The notes beneath the pieces are model-generated. The model made no database searches, was not told the DNA's origin, and saw only the letters and a program-made list of their open reading frames with translations. From an uncultured bacterium (GTDB lineage Bacteria > Babelota > Babeliae > Babelales > Vermiphilaceae), in the NCBI GenBank assembly GCA_963727255.1, contig CAVSFC010000002.1, forward strand, positions 224,001-288,000: a stretch of 64,000 bases of DNA, given 5' to 3'. The first letter of the stretch is position 1. Each line of letters starts with the position of its first letter. Shown piece after piece: positions 20,931 to 31,564 of the stretch. The translations under genes and the position numbers were made by a program.

Positions 20931-21430
20931 CCTTTAACCTCCGGCTTATACACAAAAGTCACCAATCGTTCTTGCCGCTTTTTGCCTTGCCGATCGATCC
21001 ATTGCATTATCACACTTTCAATCAATACATCTTTAAATTTTTTGAGCGCTGAATTTTCGGGGATTTTTTTAAGCTCATAGATTAAAGTAGTTGGCGGCTT
21101 TTCTAATTTTTTTTCAATGCGCTTTTCCTGTTCATCCGGCTTGAGCTGAAACTCAGTATCAACCAAAAATTGTTTTCCCAAGAAAATACGTTGCAATGTC
21201 TGCGATGCACGCGAATTGCTACGCATGACGCCGAGCTGAATAGCGAAAATGGGGGTAAGGATGAGCCCAATAATGGCCATTGCCAGAAGTACTTCTATTA
21301 GGGTGAAGCCAGGCCTAGCATTCAGAAAAGTAGTAAACCGCTCGTCCTGAGCCTGTCGAAGGAAACGAGCGCTCGAATGGTTCGACAAGCTCACCACGAG
21401 CGGATTGGCATTATTTCTGAAAACTCTCAT
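20927..21430 (-). CDS. gspI: Type II secretion pseudopilin GspI-like, with elongated leader
   Basis: G|FTLIEVLLAMAII motif; nearest in-frame ATG at 21430 overlaps the gspH 3' end. Confidence 0.7.
   Translation of the reverse strand: MRVFRNNANPLVVSLSNHSSARFLRQAQDERFTTFLNARPGFTLIEVLLAMAIIGLILTPIFAIQLGVMRSNSRASQTLQRIFLGKQFLVDTEFQLKPDEQEKRIEKKLEKPPTTLIYELKKIPENSALKKFKDVLIESVIMQWIDRQGKKRQERLVTFVYKPEVKG
21338..21403. repeat. 66-bp palindromic element (CCGCTCG...CGAGCGG) in frame within the gspI leader
   Basis: Arms match copies at 50109-50190 and 55092-55171; length divisible by 3. Confidence 0.8.
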
Positions 21431-21974
21431 ATACCTTAAACTGCGCATTAAAAGGATTTAGTACCAGTCCAAATTGCCGTGGCTTGCCCGCTGCATTTTG
21501 CTGCTTGGTATCAAGAAAATTAATGGTAACCGTTTGGGTGAGCCCGTCTGGCATTAAGAAAAACCAACTTTCATCTGTGCCCCCCGCACCCCGGCGCGTC
21601 ATTTCATCAAATCCTTCGATAATAAAATTCTTGATCTGGATCGTTGCCGGGATTTTGCCTGACGTATCAAAATGGGATCCCTTAACCCGTTCAAATTCCA
21701 TTTCACCAAGTTTTGTGGTTCCTGTCGGCTGCTCGACCCAAAACAGGTTCTTTTTAAAATTAAAAACAATTCGATGAACTTTGCGTTCAATGAGTGCGCG
21801 TTGCCACGCAAAGCGCGTAATTGCATTTATTTTACCAATAAATGCTTCCCGCTCGCGGCGTGGCAACAGATTTTTGAAGCTTGGAGCAATGATGCCCATA
21901 AGCACTGCAACCAGGGCAAATGCTATGAGCAGCTCTATGAGTGTGAATCCACTCTTAGAGTTTCTTCCACACAT
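21411..21974 (-). CDS. gspH: Type II secretion pseudopilin GspH-like
   Basis: G|FTLIELLIAFALVAVL, A.QRAL motif. Confidence 0.75.
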   Translation of the reverse strand: MCGRNSKSGFTLIELLIAFALVAVLMGIIAPSFKNLLPRREREAFIGKINAITRFAWQRALIERKVHRIVFNFKKNLFWVEQPTGTTKLGEMEFERVKGSHFDTSGKIPATIQIKNFIIEGFDEMTRRGAGGTDESWFFLMPDGLTQTVTINFLDTKQQNAAGKPRQFGLVLNPFNAQFKVYESFQK

Positions 21975-22389
21975 CTATCCACTCGCTTTTTGGGGAGCCT
22001 TTATCGTTCGGGCCATACGAATACAATTCATACGGATGTTCTCCCCCAGGAGTTACCGCATAATGGAATGGATGATTAAATCCATCTTTTATATCACCTT
22101 TCTTGGTTTCAATGTACGGCCCAGCCCATTGCTCGGAAGCCTTTTCATCAGCAGGCTTTTTTAACAAATCGCGCAAAGATGCGGGATATTCGCCTACATC
22201 TTCACGGTATTGCTCAAGCGCGTTTCTAATAACGCGTAAACTTTCTACCGTTGCTTTAGCGGCATTTTTTGCCACAATACCACGATACGATACAAAAACG
22301 ACTCCGCCCATGATCATAACCAAAGCGAATGCTATCAGAATTTCTATTAACGTGAATCCTTCTTGCGCATGCCTTTGTGCATAGTTCAT
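21955..22389 (-). CDS. gspG: Type II secretion major pseudopilin
   Basis: G|FTLIEILI, ALEQYREDVGEYP, WAGPY, YELYSYGPN. Confidence 0.9.
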   Translation of the reverse strand: MNYAQRHAQEGFTLIEILIAFALVMIMGGVVFVSYRGIVAKNAAKATVESLRVIRNALEQYREDVGEYPASLRDLLKKPADEKASEQWAGPYIETKKGDIKDGFNHPFHYAVTPGGEHPYELYSYGPNDKGSPKSEWIDVWKKL

Positions 22390-22398
22390 AAATGACTC

Positions 22399-23607
22399 CT
22401 AAATAAATTCAGCCTGTTCAATCATCGGTAACATCAATGCGATAATTATAAATCCAATTATAACCGCCATAAGAATCAATAATGCAGGGCCTATTTTTGC
22501 TGCCAAACTATCAGCATATTCGCCCAAATCCTCCTCATAGTTTTTCGCTACGGTTAATAACATCGTATCCAATTGTCCACTTTGTTCTCCAGTGCTAATC
22601 AAATAAATGGCAATCGGAGGAAAAAGATTTGTCTGCTTTAAATATTGTGCAATCTTGCCTTGCTTAATTATTTTATCACGTGCTTCACGTAATGCATCAG
22701 CCAAAACACGATTATCTATAATATTTACCACAATATCCAAGGATTCCGCTAAATTAACTCCACCTTCCAAAAGCATGCCTAAGGTATAGCAAAACTGCAC
22801 GATTGCATTGAGACGGGTAAAATAACCAATGATTGGCAGTTTCAATTTAATTTGATCAATGGTGCGAGCCCCCGACGGAGTCGATTTCCAATATCTATAG
22901 GCAAGATATCCCAAAACCAAGATAATCAGCACCCAAATGTAATATTGCGTAAAAATTTTAGAAAGCCCCAGCAAGATCTCAGTTGAGATCGGGAGTTCCT
23001 TCCCTTGCGTTGCAAAGTTTTCTGCCATAGACGGTACCACAAAAATAAGCAATACGCTTATCACTACCACTGCAACTATCAATTGAATGATCGGGCCGGT
23101 GAGGGCTGAGCGAATACGTTTGCGAATTTCTTGACGACGTTCTAAATAGGAGGTTAAACGTTCGAGAATTATTTCCAATTTGCCACTTGCTTCGCCCGCT
23201 CTAACCAGTTGCACATAAATATTATCAAACGCCTTTGGATATTTTTTTAACGCATCTGCAAATGAAATACCTTCTTTAACCTCATCTTTAATAGTAATGA
23301 GCATGCTGCGAATAGAACCTTCAAACTGCTCAATAAGCAGTTCAAGCGCTTGCAAAAGCGGAACCCCTGATTTTAGCAGCACTGCAAGCTGCCGGGTAAA
23401 AAGAATTTTTTCTTTAATAGTTATATTTTTAGTAAAGAATCTTCGCCACCAGGGCAAAGTGGCTTCCTGGGTTGCCAGCGATACTGAGATAGGATAAATC
23501 CCTTGTTTGCTGAGCTGTTCTTTGGCTGCTTGCAAGGTGGGCGCGTCAATAGTACCGGTAACTTTCTTGCCATCTTTAGAAAATGCCTGATATAAATATA
23601 ACGCCAT
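22399..23607 (-). CDS. gspF: Type II secretion inner-membrane platform protein GspF/PilC
   Basis: FTRQLAVLLKSGVPLLQAL, VRAGEASGKL, GEQSGQLDTML. Confidence 0.92.
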   Translation of the reverse strand: MALYLYQAFSKDGKKVTGTIDAPTLQAAKEQLSKQGIYPISVSLATQEATLPWWRRFFTKNITIKEKILFTRQLAVLLKSGVPLLQALELLIEQFEGSIRSMLITIKDEVKEGISFADALKKYPKAFDNIYVQLVRAGEASGKLEIILERLTSYLERRQEIRKRIRSALTGPIIQLIVAVVVISVLLIFVVPSMAENFATQGKELPISTEILLGLSKIFTQYYIWVLIILVLGYLAYRYWKSTPSGARTIDQIKLKLPIIGYFTRLNAIVQFCYTLGMLLEGGVNLAESLDIVVNIIDNRVLADALREARDKIIKQGKIAQYLKQTNLFPPIAIYLISTGEQSGQLDTMLLTVAKNYEEDLGEYADSLAAKIGPALLILMAVIIGFIIIALMLPMIEQAEFI

Positions 23608-23701
23608 TGCAAAAAATCCTTAATTACAAGAGAATTTGACGCCTTCATGCAAGTATGCTTCAATAAAAATATGCCTGCACCCTTTTTATAAAGGAGCTTT
23701 A

Positions 23702-24631
23702 ATGTATCATAAGCTATTTTTTAGTATAATCATTGCCTGTCTTCTTACTAGTCATAATGCAAAAGGGCGAGATTATCAACATCCTTATTCAAGCGCGGAT
23801 ATTCCCGGCACTAGCGCATATTTTGCCCGATCAGTTTTTGCCAGCAGCATCGGCGACTTTTTGAAGGATATTTTTAATGCCCCTGCCTACGCAGAAAATT
23901 TTCTGCCGAATAATTTCTTTCATATGATTGAATTATTGCAATATGGCAATCAGACTGGCAAAGATAATGTCTATGTAAGAGCGGTAATCCGCTTGTTTGC
24001 CAACAAGATGAAAGCAAGCTCTTATATTAATGCCTATGCTTTTTCTGATCTGCTATCTCAATTGCCCTCAGTATTAGACCGCCATTTTGCTATCAAAAGC
24101 GAAACGGTGCTCAACTCACTCAAAGATATTATCTACGAATTGCAATACCAATCTTTCAAATCTAAATTCCCAGAATTTAAAGCAAGCCCAGAAACATTTT
24201 TGAGCAATCTTGCGCAGCAAATAGAAGATGCGGCTGAACTGCGCAAACTAGTGAATCTCTTTTTAGAAGTCTGTTTGAACAAGCTTATATGGAGCCCGCA
24301 AGATCAATTTGAAACCTGGCAAAATACTAAAGTAGTCGCTGATCAACTCGCTTGCCTCTATCAGCGGACTATCATCGCAGATCTTGAAGATCTCAATAGC
24401 CTCTGCATCACCTTGCTTGAGCGTTATTGCTTCTTTTTAGATGTTGCAGGTGCCCAAATTGATATCGCTACCTATGAAAAAATTAAAGAAGATATCAATA
24501 CCTGCCGCACTCCTTTGCTCGATTTAGCTGAACAGGAAGATGTGCTTGAAACAAAAGCACAAAGGTTAAGCCGCTGCATACTTTCTTTAGAAGCTAAAGC
24601 GCGAGCGCGCGAAAGTGGAATCGTAGTTTAA
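23702..24631 (+). CDS. Hypothetical helical secreted protein
   Basis: AAGGAG RBS, signal peptide, about 309 aa. Confidence 0.7.
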   Translation: MYHKLFFSIIIACLLTSHNAKGRDYQHPYSSADIPGTSAYFARSVFASSIGDFLKDIFNAPAYAENFLPNNFFHMIELLQYGNQTGKDNVYVRAVIRLFANKMKASSYINAYAFSDLLSQLPSVLDRHFAIKSETVLNSLKDIIYELQYQSFKSKFPEFKASPETFLSNLAQQIEDAAELRKLVNLFLEVCLNKLIWSPQDQFETWQNTKVVADQLACLYQRTIIADLEDLNSLCITLLERYCFFLDVAGAQIDIATYEKIKEDINTCRTPLLDLAEQEDVLETKAQRLSRCILSLEAKARARESGIVV

Positions 24632-25884
24632 AAATCTACTGCAAGCATTACGCCAACGGTGGTAAAGGCTACTGATCTTTTGCCGCTAAAGGGCAAGCGT
24701 GCAAAGAGTGAAGCTTGTGGCGCAGCCCAGGAATCGGGGCAATGCCGCGCAAAATCATAATTGAGGTTAAATTCTACTGAATGAACTATCCATTCTTCGA
24801 GGCTTGCGGCTGAGTTGGCAATGAGTGATGAAAATTCACATCCATCAAGCGCTAAATGATCATCGCCATGCTTCAAAAACTGATAGCCGACCAATAATGA
24901 TAATCCGCCTCCAAAAAGACGATAGCCTTGCACAAATAAATTAAAACGTTGCGTAAGCCCATAATCTTTATAGGCATCTGCCTTAGCAAGTAAAAGCAGA
25001 TCAGTTTGATCAAAAGCTGTCTTTATTCGCCGTGAACGGGTATTGCCAAAAAGATGCAATAATTGCACATCAAAACCAGCTATAAATTGATCTCCTAACG
25101 CCACATTTAACCCCGCGCCAAATAAAATTCCTACGGCTCCATCATAGCCAAACGGAAATGCAAAAAGTTTATCTTCTGCAGCTCGTTTGCCCGTTGGCAA
25201 AGTTAAACCGCATCTGCCATCAATCTCTACATTTTTGAGCAATGGGCGCTCCTGGGGAAAATTAAAAAGAAACTCGCACAAAAGATTAAGATCGCCAAAG
25301 CCGGTTCTTTTCCATCCGGCAAGAGAAAGATTATTGCCCAATTGGCCAACGATCGTATTTAAATTTTGAATAAGCTGTTGCTTCACACGCATATCAGCAG
25401 CCGTTACATTTTGCGTTAAATCCGTAATCGTAACGTCTGAAAGATCAACTTTATAGATTGGCAATAATGCGGTGATCCATGCATGGGGCAAAAAATACCA
25501 TCGCGCACCAAATGCACCACCAAAATCGAGATTTAGTTTTCCGTTAAGACACAAGTGCCCGCGCACACCATCTTCAGTAGCATTTAATGCAGTGCGCAAT
25601 TGCGTTTGCAAGCTATTTGCAGGGAACCCATTAAGCATGGCAAGCGCATCTTGATTGCACTGATAGATTGCAAGCGGGTTAACCAAATTATCGTGTTCAT
25701 TATACCCACGAGCCGGCCGAACTCCTGCTTCGGCCCAAAATGCAAGCTCAAAACAACGATCGAGATAAATCTCAGGGATGAGCAACGTATCATAGGGGCG
25801 ATGCAAAAGATTCATCCCATCTATCTTTAATGCGCATAATGCAAAAAAAATTAAAAACAATATTGTATGATTTCTGTTTATCAT
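24628..25884 (-). CDS. Putative outer-membrane beta-barrel protein
   Basis: Signal peptide, alternating amphipathic strands (GFGDL, LTLPTG), C-terminal Phe (MLAVDF). Confidence 0.65.
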   Translation of the reverse strand: MINRNHTILFLIFFALCALKIDGMNLLHRPYDTLLIPEIYLDRCFELAFWAEAGVRPARGYNEHDNLVNPLAIYQCNQDALAMLNGFPANSLQTQLRTALNATEDGVRGHLCLNGKLNLDFGGAFGARWYFLPHAWITALLPIYKVDLSDVTITDLTQNVTAADMRVKQQLIQNLNTIVGQLGNNLSLAGWKRTGFGDLNLLCEFLFNFPQERPLLKNVEIDGRCGLTLPTGKRAAEDKLFAFPFGYDGAVGILFGAGLNVALGDQFIAGFDVQLLHLFGNTRSRRIKTAFDQTDLLLLAKADAYKDYGLTQRFNLFVQGYRLFGGGLSLLVGYQFLKHGDDHLALDGCEFSSLIANSAASLEEWIVHSVEFNLNYDFARHCPDSWAAPQASLFARLPFSGKRSVAFTTVGVMLAVDF

Positions 25885-25908
25885 GGAGCAATTCCTACAC
25901 AAACCTCA

Positions 25909-26025
25909 CCCGTTCGCTTCCAGGCAGGCGCCTTTAGTCCCAAGCGAAGCCGAGCGACAAATCGGGAAGCTTTTTGCATTTCTCGACTCACCCTCGAAAA
26001 CTCGGGATTGCTCGAAACGAGCGGG
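25909..26025. repeat. Palindromic element (CCCGTTCG...CGAGCGGG)
   Basis: Shares CCGTTCGCTTCC and TCTCGACTCAC...GCTCGA with the 9647 copy. Confidence 0.6.
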
Positions 26026-26030
26026 GGAAA

Positions 26031-28718
26031 TTATTCATTTACTATCAACCCAAAATCGCCACCGATCATCCAATTGCCAGATTTATTGTGGCGCATGATG
26101 CAATTAATGGATGCATCGGCATCCAAAGAAAGCGGCATCACACTTCTTCCCTTTTTAAAACTATTCACAAGTATCGGGAATTTAGATTTTTTTTTGCGCA
26201 GTGTTCCAGTAGTTAAAAACAAGGTGCCATCGGTTGCAAAAAAAGGACTAAAATTACCAATATTCACAAAACTTGAGATATGATCTTTTGCAACGAAATC
26301 AGGCAACGGCATAATTGTTGTATCGCTTATAGACTCATCAATTACTGGTGAAACTGCAAATCGATTTAAGCGAGCAGTATCATTACCAATTGATCCGGAA
26401 ATAACATAAAACTGTCCTGGCCCACGTCCCCAATCGCACGCTTTACCGCTTATGCTGATCGGAATTAAGCAGATCACCGGCCCGCTGCAATCAGGAATTG
26501 CAACTTGAATCCACTGCAAAGATTCTTTGGTATCTGCGCGAATATCTTTTCCATTGCCAACTCGATGCAAGCCGGCGCTATGCGCAAGCAATGCACATTT
26601 TTGGCAAACCGCACAATCAAGAAAAATGCCATAATCACCTGATTGAGTAATTGCACGCGCATCGGCCAATTGAACCGAATCTATCTTGCCTGAAAATAAA
26701 TCGAGCGAAGCTACATCAATACGATCGAAAGATCTATCAGTTAAAATATAGATACAATTTTCATCAACAAGAATTTTGCGAACAAATTCATAATCCCCAA
26801 TGCGTTTAATGTGGGTGCACGGTTCATTTAAATCTAAAACCGCAACTCCCTTAAGGCCCCCCAGCAACATGAGTTTTTGATGAGAGCTTTCAAAAATGGT
26901 TCCGGCAGTCAATGGCCCTAAACCTCGCACAACCTCATCATCAAATATGATTCCTGAATCAGTATTCATATCAAAAAGAAGCGCTTTGCCTAATCCCAAT
27001 ACACCAATATAATCATCGTAATCAAACATCCCTTGAATACCGCCAAACTTTTTAGGAAAATGCTGCTCAATTAAGGCGCCCAATTCTTGTAGCTCACCTG
27101 TTTTGGAATCGAGCCACGCAGTACGCTTAACCGTTTGCACTGAATTTTCATCCTCTCCTGATGCAACAATTAATGAACCCTGCGCAGGAACAATAGTCAT
27201 GCCGGAAATTGTCTCATCATGCATGATCGCTTTTGGTTGCCAAGCGGTCCAGGCTGCTATTACCCCGTTACGATCAAAAATTGCCTGAGAATAATAAACA
27301 CCTGCCTGCTGCCCGTGGCGCGGATTGTTAACAATGGCATATACCGAATCATCTTTTACAAAAATATCTTCTATGGGGCCTGCAACCAGCGGGCCGCCCC
27401 CAACGTGAGCTCGCTGATTTACATCAATAACAAAATCACCGCTCGATTGCGGGATTGCATTAAAGTGTCTTCCTAAATAGAGCTGCGCTCGATCGGTAGC
27501 AGAGAATGCTTCAACAGGTTTTTCATTATCTTTGGCTATAGTGCCATGAACTGCAATACGATCTTGAACCACCTTACCATCGATTCCATGAAAATTAACT
27601 ATCGGCAGAGCAAAAACGCATGCACTGGTTTGTTCGGGCAATCCATTGCCCCTATGAACAATCAAATAATCAAGAATAGTAGTTGTGAGCATACTGCGAA
27701 GTTGACGAATCGAATTGTTTTGATTTTGTAAATTTTCGCAGACCAAATCGCAACTAATAAAAGGACTCAGTATGAATTTTGAATTTTCCATTCTGCCAAC
27801 AAGTATGCCGCATGCTCCATCGGATGATTCTTGATTCCCGCGCATATTAATTCCGATATAAAGCCGGTTAAGGTTCGGGCACCAGTGCATCGCACCAATT
27901 TCTACTTCGCGGCAATCAGTGCCGATTTTAATGCAATCAGATGCACAAGATAGTTGTGCAAAATAAATCTGTTGAAGTTTTTTTTCAGTAATTTTTCTGG
28001 TATGTTTGCCGTCTTTTATAGTGATTTCTTTGGTGAAACTTTCAATATGCTGCTCATCGCCATTTTCCTGCACCTCTTTTTTGAGCGCTTCATACTGTTG
28101 CGCAGTCAGCTCAACCTCTTTAGTCTCAGCGTGTACGGTAAAAACCGCAATCCCACTGGCACCAGCTCCAAACTCTTTCTGGCTGGCCCCTTTAACTGCC
28201 GCAAATGCATAATTTTGTCCGCCGGCTAATGCTACAATCTGACTATCTATTTCCTTATCATTGGCATCTTTAATAACTGGCCCTGATAGAATCTGGCTGA
28301 AATCGGGGAATGTCGCCATAAAAATTCTTTTTGGGTCAGATTGCAAACAAAATGCTGCCGTCTTTTCACTAATCAGGGCAAGAAAAGAGATTACATTATT
28401 GAACAATGGACCATCTTGATCAGCAAGACCATTGAGCATTACTTTTTTATGTGCATAGGGTTTGAAAACATTTTCTACAAAATCAAAAATAGATAAGGCA
28501 AAATCTTTTGATTCTCCCGTTGCTGCTCCCACAATCAAACCATCGGAGATACCCAAATGGGAATGGATCGGGAAAGAAAAACTTCTGTTGGTATCTCTTG
28601 TTTTCGTTTGTTCTTTCGGAGTTTCATTTTTGGGCAATTGCATCGGCAGCACTTGCCATCCATACATATGGTGTGCAAATACCAGAACGAGAGCGATGGA
28701 AAATTTTTTCGAAATCAT
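26031..28718 (-). CDS. Large secreted protein, beta-rich (propeller-like), function unknown
   Basis: Intact 895-aa ORF with signal peptide and GAGGAG RBS. Confidence 0.75.
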   Translation of the reverse strand: MISKKFSIALVLVFAHHMYGWQVLPMQLPKNETPKEQTKTRDTNRSFSFPIHSHLGISDGLIVGAATGESKDFALSIFDFVENVFKPYAHKKVMLNGLADQDGPLFNNVISFLALISEKTAAFCLQSDPKRIFMATFPDFSQILSGPVIKDANDKEIDSQIVALAGGQNYAFAAVKGASQKEFGAGASGIAVFTVHAETKEVELTAQQYEALKKEVQENGDEQHIESFTKEITIKDGKHTRKITEKKLQQIYFAQLSCASDCIKIGTDCREVEIGAMHWCPNLNRLYIGINMRGNQESSDGACGILVGRMENSKFILSPFISCDLVCENLQNQNNSIRQLRSMLTTTILDYLIVHRGNGLPEQTSACVFALPIVNFHGIDGKVVQDRIAVHGTIAKDNEKPVEAFSATDRAQLYLGRHFNAIPQSSGDFVIDVNQRAHVGGGPLVAGPIEDIFVKDDSVYAIVNNPRHGQQAGVYYSQAIFDRNGVIAAWTAWQPKAIMHDETISGMTIVPAQGSLIVASGEDENSVQTVKRTAWLDSKTGELQELGALIEQHFPKKFGGIQGMFDYDDYIGVLGLGKALLFDMNTDSGIIFDDEVVRGLGPLTAGTIFESSHQKLMLLGGLKGVAVLDLNEPCTHIKRIGDYEFVRKILVDENCIYILTDRSFDRIDVASLDLFSGKIDSVQLADARAITQSGDYGIFLDCAVCQKCALLAHSAGLHRVGNGKDIRADTKESLQWIQVAIPDCSGPVICLIPISISGKACDWGRGPGQFYVISGSIGNDTARLNRFAVSPVIDESISDTTIMPLPDFVAKDHISSFVNIGNFSPFFATDGTLFLTTGTLRKKKSKFPILVNSFKKGRSVMPLSLDADASINCIMRHNKSGNWMIGGDFGLIVNE

Positions 28719-28894
28719 GCATTCTCCTCAGTGCTGAAAATTACGGTGGATTCTAGCTTAGATAAAAATCATCAAAGTGGCCAGAAGAAGTTAAATCCCT
28801 TGACCATAGAATCAGCCATTTAATATAGTTTTAAGAAAGATGTATATTTTTTTAATGCCCAAATGTTTAGTATTTTCAACGTAATGATCAGCTC

Positions 28895-29509
28895 ATGAAG
28901 ATAGTAATTTTATTGCTCATCAATTCAGGGCTTTTATGCGCAATGCAAGAGAGCGTACTTGTCAGCGAGCTTTTACCCCTTGATATACATCAGTATTTAT
29001 TGAGGTTTCTAGTTGATGATTATACTACCGTTTTTGTTTTAGCTCGGCTAAATAAAGCGCATCATACATTTATACATAAGCCAGCCCAGTTAAAAATTAT
29101 TATCACCGAGCTGGCTCACAAGAAAAATCGCGAAATTTTTCAGATCGCGCAATCGTTGCCACATATGCCCGGCACTGCTCACGAGAAAATTAAGCAATGG
29201 ATCAACCATCGAAAACAGATTTGGCTTCTTGAGGAAGAACTTATGGATCATTGCGAAAAAAACAATACTCAAAAAGTACAAGAACTTTTAGTAAAAATAC
29301 CAGATCTCGATGTTAATAGAAAAAATAAATATCAAGAAACATGCCTTATGCAAGCAGCATTTAGCAACAATGTAATGTGCATACAAAAACTATTGGCCCA
29401 CGGGGCAGATAAGCATGCGGTAAATGCGAATGGAGAAACTGCCGTTTTTTTTGCAAGCGATCCTACTTGCATAGCATTGCTCAAATCGAAAGATGAAAAA
29501 ACCAGATAG
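28895..29509 (+). CDS. Ankyrin-repeat protein with signal peptide and F-box-like N-terminal motif
   Basis: LLPLDIHQYLLRFL; ETCLMQAA...LLAHGAD...NANGETAV. Confidence 0.8.
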   Translation: MKIVILLLINSGLLCAMQESVLVSELLPLDIHQYLLRFLVDDYTTVFVLARLNKAHHTFIHKPAQLKIIITELAHKKNREIFQIAQSLPHMPGTAHEKIKQWINHRKQIWLLEEELMDHCEKNNTQKVQELLVKIPDLDVNRKNKYQETCLMQAAFSNNVMCIQKLLAHGADKHAVNANGETAVFFASDPTCIALLKSKDEKTR

Positions 29510-29619
29510 ACAGCATAGTTTGATCGTTTTGACCATTTACTTCGCCACAATATCTGGTATAACTAACAGATATATATTTATTAAATTTCAAATTAATTTC
29601 ATCCTGGAATTTTCTGATT

Positions 29620-31169
29620 ATGCATGCAAAAATTTTCTCGGCAACAACAATTGGTATTGATGCGCATTTAATAGAAGTAGAAGTAGATATTTCTTTTGGA
29701 TTGGTCAACTTTTTCATTGTTGGGCTTCCCGATACTGCGGTTAAAGAAAGCAGTAAACGTATTTTAACTTCATTAAAAAATAGCGGATTTCAGCTTCCTT
29801 CGAAGAAAATCACGGTAAATTTAGCCCCTGCAGATTTAAAAAAAGAAGGAACTCTTTTTGATCTTCCCATCGCAGTCGGGATCTTAACCGCTGCAGAATT
29901 TCTAACTCTTAAAAGTGACTTTTTACATGAGACATTATTTTTAGGGGAACTTTCCCTTGATGGTGGCATTCGCTTTATAAAGGGGGCTTTGGCAATCGCT
30001 TATGATGCGGTAAAATTGCAAAAAAAACGCATTATTGTACCCAAAGCAAATGCTCATGAGGCGGCATTAATTTCCGGCCTCGAGGTGATTGGGGTTTATC
30101 ATATCACCCAATTGATCGCCTATTTGCGCGGCGAATTAGCAATTGAGCCAACCGTAAATTCATTTAATCAACAAATACTAGAAGCAGAAGATAAAACACT
30201 CGATTTTGATCAAGTAAAAGGGCAATCATTTGCAAAACGAGCTTTGCAAATTGCCGCCGCAGGCAGGCATAATATTTTATTTATCGGCCCTCCGGGAGCC
30301 GGCAAAACAATGCTTGCAAAACGATTGCCTTCTATTATGCCAAGCATGAGTTTTAATGAAGTTCTTGAGACAAGCAAAATTTATTCCATCAGCGGCAAAC
30401 TTGGCAATCAACCACTTGATCTTGCAACGGCCGTTCCGTGGTCCGCATCATACTATTTCACAAGCCGGATTGGTGGGTGGTGGATCATATCCGCAACCCG
30501 GTGAGATTAGTTTAGCGCATCATGGGATATTATTTTTAGATGAATTGACTGAATTTAAACGGCACACGCTTGAAGTATTGCGCCAGCCGCTTGAAAATAA
30601 AGAGGTGCATATTTCTCGCGCGCTGCACTCAATTACTTTTCCCGCATCATTTTTACTCGTGGCAGCACTCAATCCATGCCCCTGCGGATTTCTTGGTGAT
30701 AAGAAAAGAAAATGCCATTGCAATTCGGCCCACTCATGGCACGATATTTAGAAAAATTATCTGGCCCATTGCTTGATCGCATCGATCTGCAAATCAACGT
30801 GCAATCCATAGAATATGATACAATTAAATCGAAAGCTGGCAATCTCCAAAGTTCTAAAGATCTTTTTGTCGGCGTGCAGCATGCACTCGATGCGCAATAG
30901 CAACGATTTGGAAACAACAATCAATGGAACGCACATATGAGCTCCGATCTGGTAGAAAAGCATTGTGCACTAACAGGGCAAGCAGAAGCAATCATGAAAA
31001 CAAGCATTTGAAACACTGCATTTGAGCATGCGCGGGTATCATAAGATTTTGCGTGTTGCACGCACGATTGCAGATATTGAACAGCAAGAAGATTATTGAT
31101 GTGCATCATATTCAAGAAGCAATCATGTATCGCTCGCTTGATCAAAGTTTAGAAAAACATCGGCAATGA
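29620..31169 (+). CDS. comM: YifB/ComM Mg-chelatase-like AAA+ ATPase; indel-disrupted
   Basis: [62 protein letters not shown]; ends YRSLDQ with ATGA overlap to acpS. Confidence 0.85.
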
Positions 31170-31564
31170 TTTTAGGAATTGGCATAGATTCGGTAGAAAT
31201 TGAACGATTTGCTCACTGGTATGCTTATGATCGGAAGAAATTACTGCGTATTTTTTCCGAAGGAGAAATTGAATATTGCCTTTCAAGTATCCATAAAAGC
31301 GCAGAACGATTTGCAGTCCGCTATGCCGCGCGAGAAGCACTATTTAAAGCAATAAATCAAACCTTTTACGATCAACAAATTCCCTTTTTGCGTTTGTGTA
31401 AAGCAGTTGAAATTAAAAAGAAATCTTGCGGCAAACCAATACTAATAATCGAATGGGAACTAATTCATTCATCACAATTAAATAATTGCAACACATTACT
31501 ATCACTTACGCATACTAAGTATATTGCGACTGCGATGGTTATTTTAGAAAGCAATAAAATTTAG
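31166..31564 (+). CDS. acpS: Holo-[acyl-carrier-protein] synthase
   Basis: GIGIDSVEIERF, RYAAREALFKA, GKP, LSLTH. Confidence 0.92.
   Translation: MILGIGIDSVEIERFAHWYAYDRKKLLRIFSEGEIEYCLSSIHKSAERFAVRYAAREALFKAINQTFYDQQIPFLRLCKAVEIKKKSCGKPILIIEWELIHSSQLNNCNTLLSLTHTKYIATAMVILESNKI

Noticed and set aside
25867..26283. Small ORFs across palindromic elements (also 37226-37580, 49977-50192, 54926-55252, 61506-61739)
   Set aside because: Translations of the repeat arms (RPELVEG, FDFAQDD, PSTSSG-type peptides), not independent genes
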